Assembly: GCF_964355755.1 (NCBI RefSeq)
Contig: NC_092672.1
Coordinates: forward strand, 36,524,437-36,588,436
Direction of reading: 5' to 3'
Length of the DNA: 64,000 nt
From: Antedon mediterranea
Taxonomy: Eukaryota; Animalia; Echinodermata
Part shown: one piece after another, positions 12,655-25,300 of the stretch
Numbering within the stretch: the stretch's first letter is position 1
Layout of the letters: every line of letters starts with the position of its first letter
Made by a program: the position numbers and the translations under genes
Notes under the pieces: generated by a model
Told to the model about the DNA's origin: nothing
The model's input: the letters and a program-made list of their open reading frames with translations, nothing else
The model's database searches: none

Positions 12655-14311
12655 TTATGGACTCTTTTTTCATATTTAAATAGTATACAGTATATATAGT
12701 AGTATTATAATGAGGTGACATCGGGTATGAAGCGTCTCACATACACACAGAGCCAAAATGGCATCTTGGACTTGCACAGTGTATGGACTCTAACCTTACG
12801 GTTTTCATTAAATATATCATTCCACGCTATCATCCTAATTATCTGATTTTCAAACTTTTGCATTCCTCTTTTTTCATCTCATCCATTTTTTCTTGGTGAA
12901 AAGGGAGGATATTTTATATTCCTCCTCTGAGTTTATAGCCTCTCTACCCGAACACGAACAAGATAGTGACTTTTATAAGTCTGATTTTACACATAAAACT
13001 GTTTTCATTCATTACTGAATTCAAGATTGCATAACTTTAAACATTTTTAAAATGTAAATATTTAATGTAATTTAATGTAAATACGAAGATTCATTAGAGG
13101 GCACATAGAGTTATATTTATTTTGTTAAGTTGTTAATAGAGAAGAGAAAAAAACAAAAGTTTACTGTCTACAGAAGTCTGTGCACATGAGATAACTCTTT
13201 TATTTTACATTAATAGTTTTGTATTGCTAAGAGGCAATGAAATAATAATTGTGAACCGTTTATATTTTAATATTCTTAATTTGTTAACTTGTTACATAGA
13301 GAAGAATAAGAAAAACCAAAGGATTGTGTAGAAGTTTACACATAAGAAAACTATTTTTATTTTATGCTTGCATACTTTTAATTAATAATATAATTTTTAC
13401 AATTCAATAATGTTTAACGGCAACAAAATTGTTGAATCCTATACGTCGGTACTACAGGTATATTGTTTATTATTATTCAAGTACATCATTGGCAATGTAA
13501 TACTTTCGAACCGTTTTCTGTTTATATTTTAAATTAATCTTAATTTTTTAATTTGTTAGAGAAGACAAAGAAAAACAAAAGGATTGTATAGAGGTTTGCA
13601 CATTTAGTTTTTTATTATAATACAATTTTCACAATTCAATCCACAACAAATAGTGTGGAATAAAATCTATGCCTGTACTTATGCTAATATGTACAGTAAA
13701 CTTAATACTATTATTATTATACTGTATTATCTTCCCTGGTATTAATGTGTTGAAAATTGAAATATAGTTTCAATGTGATGAATTCCATTCACGTTTCATT
13801 TTAAAAAACAATTAGAAAAAGTTTAATTGTAATTGCTAAAATGTATACTACCTCTCTCTGGCCTACCTCATTGAAAAAGTACTAATTACGGGACATTAAT
13901 TAATATATGATGTGAGACTAAAAGTATCTTTTAATAGGCCTATAGATAATTATAAATAGAAAATGGGTAACTGTTTTTATTTTACACATGAACAGTATGT
14001 AATTATTGTTTTTATAGATCATTTATAATAAATATTTTAACAGTTGGCCTAGGCCTAACCTCTATCTGTGTATGCCTACACACTTTAAAATTCCGCCTAG
14101 GCCTACGATCAAATTTCTCAGGATATCAATAAAGCATTGTTTTACCCTCATCTAGAGACTAGTTACCTCTGAAAAAAGGAGATATATTTAATAATAAAGT
14201 TTTCAAATTTCAAGTAAAACTAAAAGTATTATTGATTCATTTATGCCGTTGTACGATGGTGGTTGCAGGAAAATGTACACAAACCCCCTGATTGGACAGC
14301 ATAAATAATGC

Positions 14312-14545
14312 TCATGAATATAACGTAGACTTCATGAATATAACGTAGACTCTCCATAGGCTTTTTTGTACACCTCATGAATATAACGTAGACTCTGACC
14401 TTCCTCATGAATACAACGTAGACTCTGACCTTCCTCATGAATATAATGTAGACTCTCAACCAATAGCAATACAGTAATTGCTCCACTGTGATTGGATGTT
14501 GTACAACAAATTCTAATTTTAATATCATGAATATAATGTAGACTG
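14312..14545. repeat. Right subterminal repeat array of the transposon (TCATGAATATAA(C/T)GTAGACT, 6 copies)
   Basis: Six near-identical 19-20 bp units, each carrying the reverse complement of the left-end GTCTAC motif. Confidence 0.85.
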
Positions 14546-17500
14546 TCAGCCAATGGCGCTACAGTGATTGCACGACGGGTGAACGGAGGTCTCGTTGCAG
14601 TGTTCCTTTGCTTTTGTCGTGTTTTCATTCATTGGTGGTCGCACTTCAACATTGTATCTTACACTTTTACTCTGTAGAATGTTGGTATTTTCAAATGTAA
14701 GCACATCTAAACAAAGAAGAACACTATTAGTTTAAATGTGTTTCTTTTTTCTTATTCGCACCCAAAAGCAACTTGCAAACTATAACTTATCGTGCCTAAA
14801 CTAAGTCTAAAATCATACATGAAGCTTGGTTCCACTAGAACGTATAGGCAAGAACGTAAACGAAACGCAAATAGTTTGACCAATCACAAGCGATGGATTA
14901 TCAGAACTGTCGCTTGTCATTGGTTAACTCCCCTGCGTTGCGTTACTTACACAGTCCAACTTGTATACAGACTATTTTCCCTGATTCTGGCACTTGGTTT
15001 GAGTTGTACTTTGCTTTTGACTGGATTATTTTCAAATCTTTCTCCTTCTCTTTTTCAGCTTTATTTTTCTTAAATATTCCAAATATGATTGCTTCATCCG
15101 AATTGAAATCCCAACTGAGGAAAATGTGAATAAAGAAGTACGATTAGTGTTGACATTGTCGATAAAGTTTAACATTGAAAAGAGTACTGTTGTTGCCCGT
15201 AGCGTAATGAGGACTCTTTTACAGCCTTGGGTACACTTTATGTGACAAAGCAATGTGATGTAACCATATAGGGACATGATGATGTCGTATCACTACCATA
15301 TTGCGGCATATCGCCACCGTATTTGGGCATATCGCCACCGTATTTGGGCATATCGCCACCGTATTTGGGCACATCATACTTTTTCTTGTCAAGCTAGTTT
15401 GATAGTGTAGACAGAGCTTTAGGCTTTTTTGTACATACCTTATAACTGAGTTTTCTTCTGTTATCTCTAGTTTGACGTAATGTGACGATTTAGAAGGTAT
15501 TGATACTTTTTGCAAATTTTCAATTTCTTGTAATTCTTTATTGACGTAGTACGATCGAGGTACTTTGCCACCCCAACATATCTATAAGAAATATAATTAC
15601 TATAAAGTAAATTGTAACTGTAAATGCACACACGAGAGTAGCCATCTCTTTCACGCATCTCGCAAATCGGGAGCATCTCATAAATCGGGCGCATCTTGAA
15701 CATCGAGCGCATCTCGTAAATCGGGCGGAAACTGTACATCGCAGCGCATCTCGTATATCGGGCGCATCTCGTACATCGGGCGCATCTCGTACATCGGTGT
15801 GTTTTCGATAAATTTGTTTTATGTTAAAGAATTTTTGCTCGAGGATTTTGCTAGCGTCTATATCTTCGTCGTCATTTTATTTATCTTTGCCATAGTAATA
15901 TTTGTCATATCTTCGTCAGAATTATTATAGTAATTAGGCCTACCATACCTCATCTTTACATTGCGGACAACCGTTTGAATCTGTTCTTGTCCCTCCGTAA
16001 GCTTTTGGTAGCTGGTCAGGATCGATATACTCTAGTAAAACCTGTAATTGATTACCTGTCGGTAATAATATAAGTTAAGTAACACAAATGTGCTATTAGA
16101 ACATTACACTTATAATAAACATTATGTTAGTCTCCCAAAATAATCTACCTAAATATACTTATTGTGTGCTTTCAATCTATCGTCGTGTGTAAGCTCTGTC
16201 CACACTATCAAATTTGATGTGACTTTTTTTTTCAAACTAGCTAGTTTGATAGTGTAGACAGAGATTAAGGTCGAGTTGTTCTCAGTTTCGATACAGTTTT
16301 ACGGTGTCTTGTAAAATAGATATAGTTTCAAAATGACAAGGCCTATTGTATATCCATCCACTCTTCTTTTAATATTATATTTAATATTTACTTTTGAGGA
16401 ATTTGATCTTGTGTGTTGTGTCTTCACTTAGAAACGGTTTGATTAAACTGAAACCCGCAGATACCATACTTGGAGCTGTAAATTGAAAATATGCATTTTA
16501 TTTTACTTTCGGCAAACAATCAAACAACAACATTAATGCAAAGGGGTAAACATAATTGATTGAGCATCAAAGAGAAAACTAGACAAGAGTGTTATTAATA
16601 ACTCCAGACTGGTTGTAAACAGAATTTGGTTTACAGCACTATAAATATTTGCGTCGAGCGCAGCGTGGAGTAAAGCTTTGTCTACACTATCAAACTAGAA
16701 GTGTGATGTGCCCAACTATGGTGGTGATATGCTCACATATGGTAGTGATGTGACATCATCAGGTCCATATATGGGCACATCCAATTTTTGTCACATAAAG
16801 TTTGATAGTGTATACAGAGCTTAACACAATTAGAAGTTTGTATTGATGGGTTAGTTAGATTAACATAATAGGCCTAAAGCCTAGCCTCTAAATTTGAATG
16901 TAGTGTTGTTGTCGAATTAGTTCAGTTCATGCAAATCATCACAATAAATATTATAGTATACTGAAAAATATAGATTACCATTTAGTACAAAACATATTTT
17001 AAGTACTTCTGGGTAGTTGGCCTCAAACATTGTAAAAGCGGCATTGTACGCATCAACTAACGGTTGCCATATATGGTGATATTCAATTGTATCAAGATCA
17101 ACAATTACAATGACGTCATCAACAATTTTACCAAGCTAAAAAAATTAAATTATAATAATATTAGATCAGAGACGTACGTTTCTGATTTAATAGTATATGA
17201 AGATTCATGTTTTTGCTAAATAAATGTGAACACTTGAATTGAATATAAGTATGACACGCTATGTGTGCCAACAAAACTTTCTCTTTTAAGCAGAATCGTC
17301 GTCGTCGTCTTGTTTACCTTTTTCGATTGTTCTTGAAAATCTTTCAATATTATTTCACAAAATTTAGTTTTGTATCGGACAAAATCCGACTTATTACAAG
17401 ATCGAACTATGCCTTTTGGATCTATACGCCCATACGGTTCGATCCAGATGATACCCCCATCTTTGTGATGCCCGCATATTCCACCCGGCATGTACTTTGG

Positions 17501-20500
17501 CAAAACCTAGAAAAATAGGAAATTGAAAATAATTAGTATAGTCCTAATGTTTTATTAGTGTGTGCTTATTGTATGTGGTAGGCCTATACCCGGTCAGTCA
17601 ACTTATCGAAAATAAAATTAAAATCGTAGTTGTTTCTACAGATAGTAACGCACGTGTTTAGTTTTCATATCTGAAATTATTTTGCGTCCTTATCACCACC
17701 TCTCGTCCTCATCACCACTTACTCGTCCTCATCATCACTCTCGTACTCATTTTCACCACGTTCATTGACACCGTGTCTTTCTCACCATACTCCTGCGTCC
17801 TCATCACCACCTCTTCCTCATCACCACCTCTCGTCCTCATCATAACTCTCGTTGTCACCACGATATCAATATCACCACATCTTTCTCACTATCACCACCC
17901 CGTCCTCATTATCACCACCCCGTTCTCATTATCATCACACCGTTCTTTTTATCATCACCACCCGTCCTCATTATCACCACCCCGTCCTCATCATCACCAC
18001 CCCGTCCTCATCATCACCACCCCGTCCTCATCGTCACCACCCCATCCTCATTATCACCACTCCCGTCCTCATTATCACCACTCCCGTCCTCATTATCACC
18101 ACTCCGTCCTTATTATCACCACTCCCGTCCTCATTATCACCACTCCGTCCTTATTTTCACCACCTCCGTCCTCATTATCACCACCCCGTCCTCATCGTCA
18201 CCACACCCCCTCCTCATGATCACAACTCCGTTCTCATCACCACCCCGTCCTCATTATCACCACTCCCGTCCTCATTATCACCACTCCCGTCCTCATTATC
18301 ACCACTCCGTCCTTATTTTCACCACCTCCGTCCTCATTATCACCACCCCGTCCTCATCGTCACCACACCCCCTCCTCATGATCACAACTCCGTTCTCATC
18401 ACCACCCCGTCCTCATTATCACCAACCGTCCTCATTATCACCACCCCGTCCTCATTATCACCATCCGTCCTCATTATCACCACGTCGTATACTACCACAC
18501 CATCATCACCACGGAATAAACATGTAGTATACAACACTATCCATGTTCGTCATGTATACGATCATTTCATGCACTGTGCTCCTATCATCGTAACGCTATC
18601 CTCATCCTTATTATTCTACCTACTCCATGTTAGTTAGCATAGCTTACCTCGGGCGGATTCCAATCTAGAATCCCATCTATATTCATCTGTTTTCTGAATA
18701 TTAGATGCTGTGAATATGAATTAAAGACTTTTTTCTTAGGCGTATTCATAGGTTTTTTTATATGCTATATCGATTACACGCTATATCGATTACACGCATT
18801 CGGTAAAATAATTTATTCAATTCATTTATTTAAAAAAAACAACCTCCACAAACAAATAAGTACAGATTATATTTTGTTTTAGATACCTAACTTCTCAGTA
18901 CTTCTTCAGTCTATTGTAACTCATGAATTTGTTTTTACTTCACCAATGAATAAACATCTTAACTACATTGAATAAAACAGTTTTAACTGTGTCTATTTGT
19001 ACTCATTGTGTCTATTTGTACTCATTGTGTCTATTTGTACTTATTGTGTCTATTTGTACTCATTGTGTCTATTTTTACTCACGTCTCTTAACATTTTCTC
19101 GGATTTTGACAGGTCGAACTTGCGAGCTGTAATAAGATGATACGTTCATTATGTTATTATTTTTATTTTATTTTATTTCATACTCATCCAACAGCGAGTA
19201 ACCCGCCAATTACAGGATGGATAAACTATTTAATAATTTCACAAGACAAACATATAAACAAGATGCTCTACATAAACAAAGACTTATTATTAAGTCTTTG
19301 GGAGTGGAGTTGTAAATTGTCATGAGAAAAAAACCCTGACTTGAACCCAGGACCCTTAGATTGGTAGCCAAGCATCATAACCACCAAGCCACAACGCTAC
19401 TCCACTCCATTACTGTGTAATGATCTCAGTTAACTTTTGTTATTACATTTTTTTCTTGTTCATCTACTGATCCTCTGATATATGGTTGATCAGGGCAGTA
19501 AGAAATTGATTTAATGGTCGTTTGTATTAATATTATTAAATTGGGTGGTTGCTTGATGATTTAGTTTTGTAATCGATCAATCACTTGATTGATTGATTGT
19601 GATCGATTAATTTATTATTATCAATTTTATCAATACCTCGTAGCCATCTCAGAAGGTAATGATCATCGTGACGAGGTGAAAGGTCATCAGAAAGGTTTTG
19701 ACGAAACTATAAGACAAAAAATATTTAAATAGTGTGAAACTAAAAGCAAATCAACTAATCGTTTAAATGTAATTCTTGTTCATTTACAGTATTGTAATTG
19801 AACCATTGTTTAGTTCTATTTATTCTTGCGCTTTTGGCGTTTCATAACAAGCTATTTAGTGTATAAATAAGCCTATTTGTACCAGCAAAGTAGCTGTGGC
19901 AGATTAATGTAATAGCAACTGGCTCATTTATTTTTATCGTCTGCTAAAGCTTGCTTGCATTTATTGCGCCAATACTGAGAATGACCTTTCGCTTTTTACC
20001 AGAAGGTCTTCTTCGCTTGATCACTGGGGGGAGGGGGAGTCAGGGAATGGTTTACAGTAGCCTAACCCATGCACGTACAAAATGTCAAATTTAAATGGTA
20101 ACCTTTTTCATGTAATAGTAAATTGATCAATAGGTAATTGTTCCAAAGTCTAAAGCTCTGTTTGATAGTGTAGACAGAGTTTAAGGGATATCGTAAGGAT
20201 ACTTATCCAGCGTGGCCTGTCCAGTGAATATAAAAATCCCGGACTTTTATTAAAAAGAAATTAACATTCAAGGTTTTTTTCTTTTAATATTTAATGCGTT
20301 TCATTACAGCAGTTGCTTTATCCACACAAAGCAGTAATCCATACCACTTAATAGGGTACCATGGACACAATATTATCACTTCATAAGTTGATAATTGTAA
20401 CTTAGATTATAATTATTGTATTGCTCGTGTTTAATATAGCTTATCAAATAATAAATTTAGGCTTTTTTTCAATAATAATTGTCCAGACTTTAATATTCTT

Positions 20501-21701
20501 GTATATATAAAAAACCGACATTACATTAAAAGTCGAACAAGTCTAAAAATGATAGCATAGGCCTACATTATAAAAGCCAAGGGCTTATAATACAGTATAC
20601 ATACTCATAGGGCTAAATAGGCAGCGCATCAAAATGAATTTGCATAACATTTAGAGAGAATATAATTTATATTGATAATCTGGGATAGACCTACTTGCGT
20701 GTTTATTTCGAATGCTACATTGTATTTCTTTGAGCATCTGGTTCTCGCGTGTGACACGCAAGGCAGCATTATATTTAAGTAATAATATTGATGCCGCTAT
20801 CGGCATACACTGTTGATGATGTACCAATTTCTGACGTAGGCCTACATGAACATTGCTGAACTGTTACTTTCATTAACCATGAATTGGCATCGGTCATCGG
20901 GTCCAGGAATAGGAGCGGAGTTTACTTCCGTATTTCTTATATAAGTCTCGACTTAAGTAAGGTTAATGAACCTATAATATTACATAATGTGTATAAGGAA
21001 ACAACATAAACCATTATATTCAGAACAACAACGATTTTACTTCTCATTTAAAAAAGAATAAACAGCCGATAGGATAATTAGGCTATGTCGCTGTCATGTC
21101 GAGAGTAGCTTACCGTAATAAAACTGTATATTCCTAGGCCTAGTAGGCCTATAATGTGAGCGAATTATTGTTGTTTTCTTTGTATTATTTAATACTTAAT
21201 AGATGGCCGGTGGAAATCAAAATATGATGATGATGATCATATGATATGATATATATTTGTTATTTTGCAAGCCTATTAGTATTGATGCGGATCAAAGTTG
21301 TAATTAACAAATGGCGCAAAAGATAAAGGTCTGACCTTAATTTACTAAGTATAGGTAGGGCCTACTTATATATAGGCCTATATTAGCACAGCTAAATAAC
21401 AATATGTGACCAATAAGGCCTAATTAATTTAAGTAATACCCGATTCATAATATCAATAAATGTATCATTTCGCATTGTACGCTATGCAAAATTAAGCTCT
21501 TAAAAAAAATCATTATAGTAGTAGTAGGTATAGGCCTACGTATCACCATTTAAAATTACCACTACCTTCCGCGGTCTAAGTCTGTCAGCCTTCGTCACCA
21601 TCCCCACAGTTTCATATCCTACCCAGCCTGTGTATACTAACACTTACTTCATTTAGCTTCTTCTGTTGTTGCTCCGAAAGATCTCCTACACGGCCACTCA
21701 T
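14546..21701 (-). CDS. SEC14L2: SEC14-like protein 2 (CRAL-TRIO + GOLD lipid-transfer protein), about 410 aa, with a C-terminus supplied by the transposon end
   Basis: Exons: 21648-21701 (MSGRVGDLSEQQQKKLNE), 19637-19706 (..DDHYLLRWLR), 19083-19126, 18648-18707, 17318-17506, 16979-17135 (..FEANYPEVLK), 16392-16475, 15949-16055 (IDPDQLPKAYGG), 15439-15581 (ICWGGKVPRSYY), 14951-15114 and 14546-14706. All introns are GT-AG and the frame is consistent. The N-terminus matches the MSGRVGDLS start of the SEC14L2/3/4 family; the exact paralogue is uncertain. Confidence 0.92.
15653..15798. repeat. 18-bp tandem repeat (GCGCATCTCGTACATCGG), about 8 copies
   Basis: Degenerate direct repeats in SEC14L2 intron 8. 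Confidence 0.8.
17685..18485. repeat. C-rich 20-21 bp minisatellite (CCCGTCCTCATTATCACCAC) in SEC14L2 intron 4
   Basis: Direct tandem units, including a larger internal block duplication. Confidence 0.9.
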
Positions 21702-22351
21702 TGTTATTTTCTCTACGTATACCACCACAATAAATATACCATAGTGTTATAATAATAATATATCTATAAATAGATATGTCACTTTTTTTTTAAATTTGCT
21801 GACGCCCTCAGTGATAAACAACTTAAGTCACTGGCTCTGGAACTTGAATCCTGACAAGCTGTAACCCTCTAAAAAGAGGAATGAAGCCTACTAAACAATT
21901 ATGAAAATCTAACTAACAATAATTCACACTTGATAAAGTTTGGATACGGTAAAGTTATTTTTTATCTAAAATATAGTAGATCCGAATAATAGATTAATTT
22001 ATTATTGTGTTTACCACTCATCTGTAATCAGCACTGACGTCATATTTTAGGATTATGAGCTGAAGAATGCAAACATAATATAACTGTTGTCAAAATATGG
22101 TAAAGAAATCAATCATATAACACGCATAAAATATAATTTGTACAGATGATGTAACAAACATACAGACTGCACTGAGAACAATTGTATACGACTCTGAATT
22201 GTTGTTACAAAGGACGCCATCAACGTCCATCATTGTGTTGCTATCGAAACGTTTTGTGGTGTGTGGGGAGAAATGTGATTGTTTATGTTTTTACATCGTT
22301 CCGTCACTTTTTAAGTTTTATATAATTAAATAAAATACACAAAACATCAAA
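21702..22351. promoter_or_regulatory. Bidirectional promoter region between SEC14L2-like and CCDC42-like genes, with an RFX X-box
   Basis: The divergent ATGs are 650 bp apart. GTTGCTATCGAAAC at 22237-22250 fits the X-box consensus and sits about 100 bp upstream of the ciliary gene ATG. Confidence 0.6.
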
Positions 22352-25300
22352 ATGTCGGTGAGCTTAGAAGAGTACTTTAGGACGACATTTGAGGATAAAC
22401 TCCTCGTGTAAGTTTTGCTTGTTTTGTCTGAAGAATTATAAAACTAGCCTCCTTCCTACCTATCCCGACCTAACTAGGCCTAGCTAGCCTAGGTAGGCCT
22501 AGCTAGCTAGTTAAGTTAGGCCCTCCCTTGGCCTGCCTGGCTAACTAGATGATAGAGCTAGATAGCCTTGAATAAGAGGCCTAGTTGATGATGCTGAGTA
22601 GGCTACTCTAAGATAGGCCTAGAGGGTAGTAAGGATTAGGATAAGGCCTAAGGCTTAATAGCAGTATGAATATAGGCCTAGGCCAGGGGGCCTAGCCTAT
22701 ACTAGTCTAGGCCTAGGCCTATATGCTTCATAAATGTCAAACTCAAATGACTCTAAAAACTAAAGTAAGAATAAGATAAAAAGAAAGATTAAGAATAGCA
22801 ATAATGTAATGTTCAATAACAGCATGTACTAGTAGGCTAGGCTCTAAGCCTCTATTATACTAATAATAATATTATTATGAAACCAATCAATATAGTATCT
22901 TTTTTATTTCATAGCAAAATGCCAGAGAGGGAGGATGATCATTTAACTCCAGCTACTCGGTTACTTGAGAAAAGACGAGAAATGTCAGAAGTTGAACAGG
23001 CTTTAGCTGCACAGAAAGAGGCAAGTGAATAAAGTGAACCACTCTCACATGGTACATATTTTATGTGAACCACTCTCACATGGTGCATATTCTATGTGAA
23101 CCACTCTCACATGGTGCATATTCTATGTGAACCACTCTCACATGGTGCATATTTTATGTGAAACACTCTCACATGGTGCATATTCTATGTGAACCAATCT
23201 TTAATCCATTTCCAGTTTCCTGACTTTCTGATCTGTAATCATTTCTGAAATACACTGTATTACAGTAAAACTTCTTAATTTTGCTAAACTTGTATTTATT
23301 CAGGAGTTTCAGATGAAGATGGAAAGCCTGCAACAACGAAGAGAAGAATTAGAAAGAAAAGAATACCAATTAAAGGAATCGCTACTCAAGTTTGATAAAT
23401 TTCTGAAAGTAAGGAAAATTAGAATATAGATTATCGGTAAAGAAATATCATGCTTTATAAGACTTATATTTTAACACTACACCTATTCAGGAGACACCCA
23501 CATTAAAAGGGCACTTTCATTTTTTTTTTTTTTTTTTTTTCATTTCTTTATTCGAATTCATAAAATAACACAACATAAAAAAAATACAAAGAATGAATTC
23601 AGGGTAACACAAAAAAGTAACCAAAGGTCAAACTTATTTCCATTGTGGCCCTTAAGGATAAAAACACCATAAGAATAAACATTTACAATAAACAATAACA
23701 CATGTAGTAACAATATAAATATAAATTATAATCTTTCAAGCATAACCTCTTTGAGATGTTTCCTGATATTTCTTTTGAATTGATTGATGGTTTCTGAACA
23801 CTGTATCAATTTTGGCAGGTGATTCCATGACGTTATTGCCGTGTTAACAAAGGTTGTTTGGGAGTGGTTACCTATATATGGTCTATAAATTGATTGAGTT
23901 GCAAATCTAGTATTGTACTGGTGAATTACATTTGCTCTACTAATACCATCATTCATAAACGTAGGGCTTAATCCATTAATAATACGATACATGTGACAAA
24001 GTTTTATCTGTTTAACTCTTAAGTCTACTGGGAGCCAATTCAGTTTGTTTAATTCATTAGCCCCAATGTGATCCCTTGGTTCAAGACCAAGAATACATCT
24101 GACCGTCTTATTTTGTGCAGTTTGCAATTTAACTTTTAATGTTTTATTGGCTCTCAAAGGTGTTCTCTTATAGGTGTGAGGTTCTACTGTATTCAAGATT
24201 ATTTACATTTCTTATTTTATCTACCGGTACCTCAAAACCACATTGTACCACAAACCAATAAAATAAACCTAGAGAATGTTTTTGCTATCTTCCAAATCTT
24301 CTATACTGTGAAAATAAATTCATTAGAATAATAATTAAATTCTACTTCTGAAAATCAATTTTTCATTTATAGGAAAATGATTCAAAAAGATCAAGAGCTG
24401 TGAAGAAAGCAGAAGATGAGAAAGAACACAAGAAAACAAAAGATAAAGAGATAACGCGGCTTTTAGAGGAGAAGGGCGAGTTGGAGCAACAACGCAATAA
24501 GTTTATGATGCGGTTGGAGAAACGCAAGATATTTAATACGTTTCTTGATCGCGTGTTGGAGTCAGCAGAAGAGTTTCAAGAATCACGGGATGTGATAGCT
24601 AGATTTGAGACACTTGTAGCAACACATAAGGTATTAACAGCTTGATTTAGCCTAGTTGAGGAACTGTACAGGGGACACCATTTTGCTTGCCCAAACTAGA
24701 TTGACTAGTTCTGTGTAAGATTTTAATCTCCAAATAGCTTTAAGTCATTCTTATGTCATACTACTTACCTAAAGCTCTGTCTACATTGTCAAACTTTATG
24801 TGACAAAAAAAATGTTTTTTTTTATTTATTTATTTTTTAAAATTTATTTATTTTTTAACATTTATTTTTTTTTTTTAATTTATTGATTTTTTAAAATGTA
24901 TTTATTTGTTTTATTTCATACATTCATATATGTAATATTTGTTTCAGGATTTAATGGATAAAGCTAGCAAATCCCAAGACGCAGTAGACGGTCACAAAGC
25001 AGAGCTGATGAAGTTTACCGAGGAGAAGAACAATGAGATATTAAGTCACAATAATCAACTAGCAATGTTACAGACGAGGCTGGACACGGCTCAGGGAGAT
25101 GCTGTTAAATGGTAACAAACTTTAATCTGTGAAATCGGTGAAACTACAGTATTAAGATAAGATAGTGACTTGTAGACGCTCCTGTGCGATTTCCAAATTG
25201 CATTTCGTCTAATTTAGGCGCGATCTTGGGTTTTATCCATGACGAGGCAAAGTGTTCTAGCATGCGTACAAAAATTGGTGTAATGGATATGGGTCTGATT

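Larger units (their letters stand above)
5469..14592 (+). mobile_element. Full-length autonomous cut-and-paste DNA transposon, unclassified (DDE family with DxxH motif), 9,124 bp
   Basis: The left end AGACCTggtctcgatCGTAGTGCAATTA (from 5469) matches the reverse complement of the right end, AGACCTccgttcaccCGTCGTGCAATCA (ending 14592), with identical spacing. CGTTGC is duplicated at 5463-5468 and 14593-14598. There are 5 GTCTAC motifs at the left (5508-5595) and 6 GTAGAC motifs at the right (14325-14543). In-silico excision restores an in-frame stop for the host SEC14L2-like exon. The element contains a transposase-like gene. Confidence 0.9.

Noticed and set aside
14242-14251. TATGCCGTTG at 5458-5467 and 14242-14251 as a 10-bp Mutator-like TSD
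   Set aside because: This boundary would exclude the right TIR and the GTAGAC array and would not restore the host reading frame; it is treated as coincidence.
14241-14628. Minus-strand ORFs of 95 and 98 aa at the transposon right end as a second element gene
   Set aside because: They are repeat-derived, lack recognisable motifs and are in different frames from the host exon.
17773-18637. His/Pro/Ser-rich ORFs up to 261 aa
   Set aside because: They are translations of an intronic minisatellite that is open in several frames.
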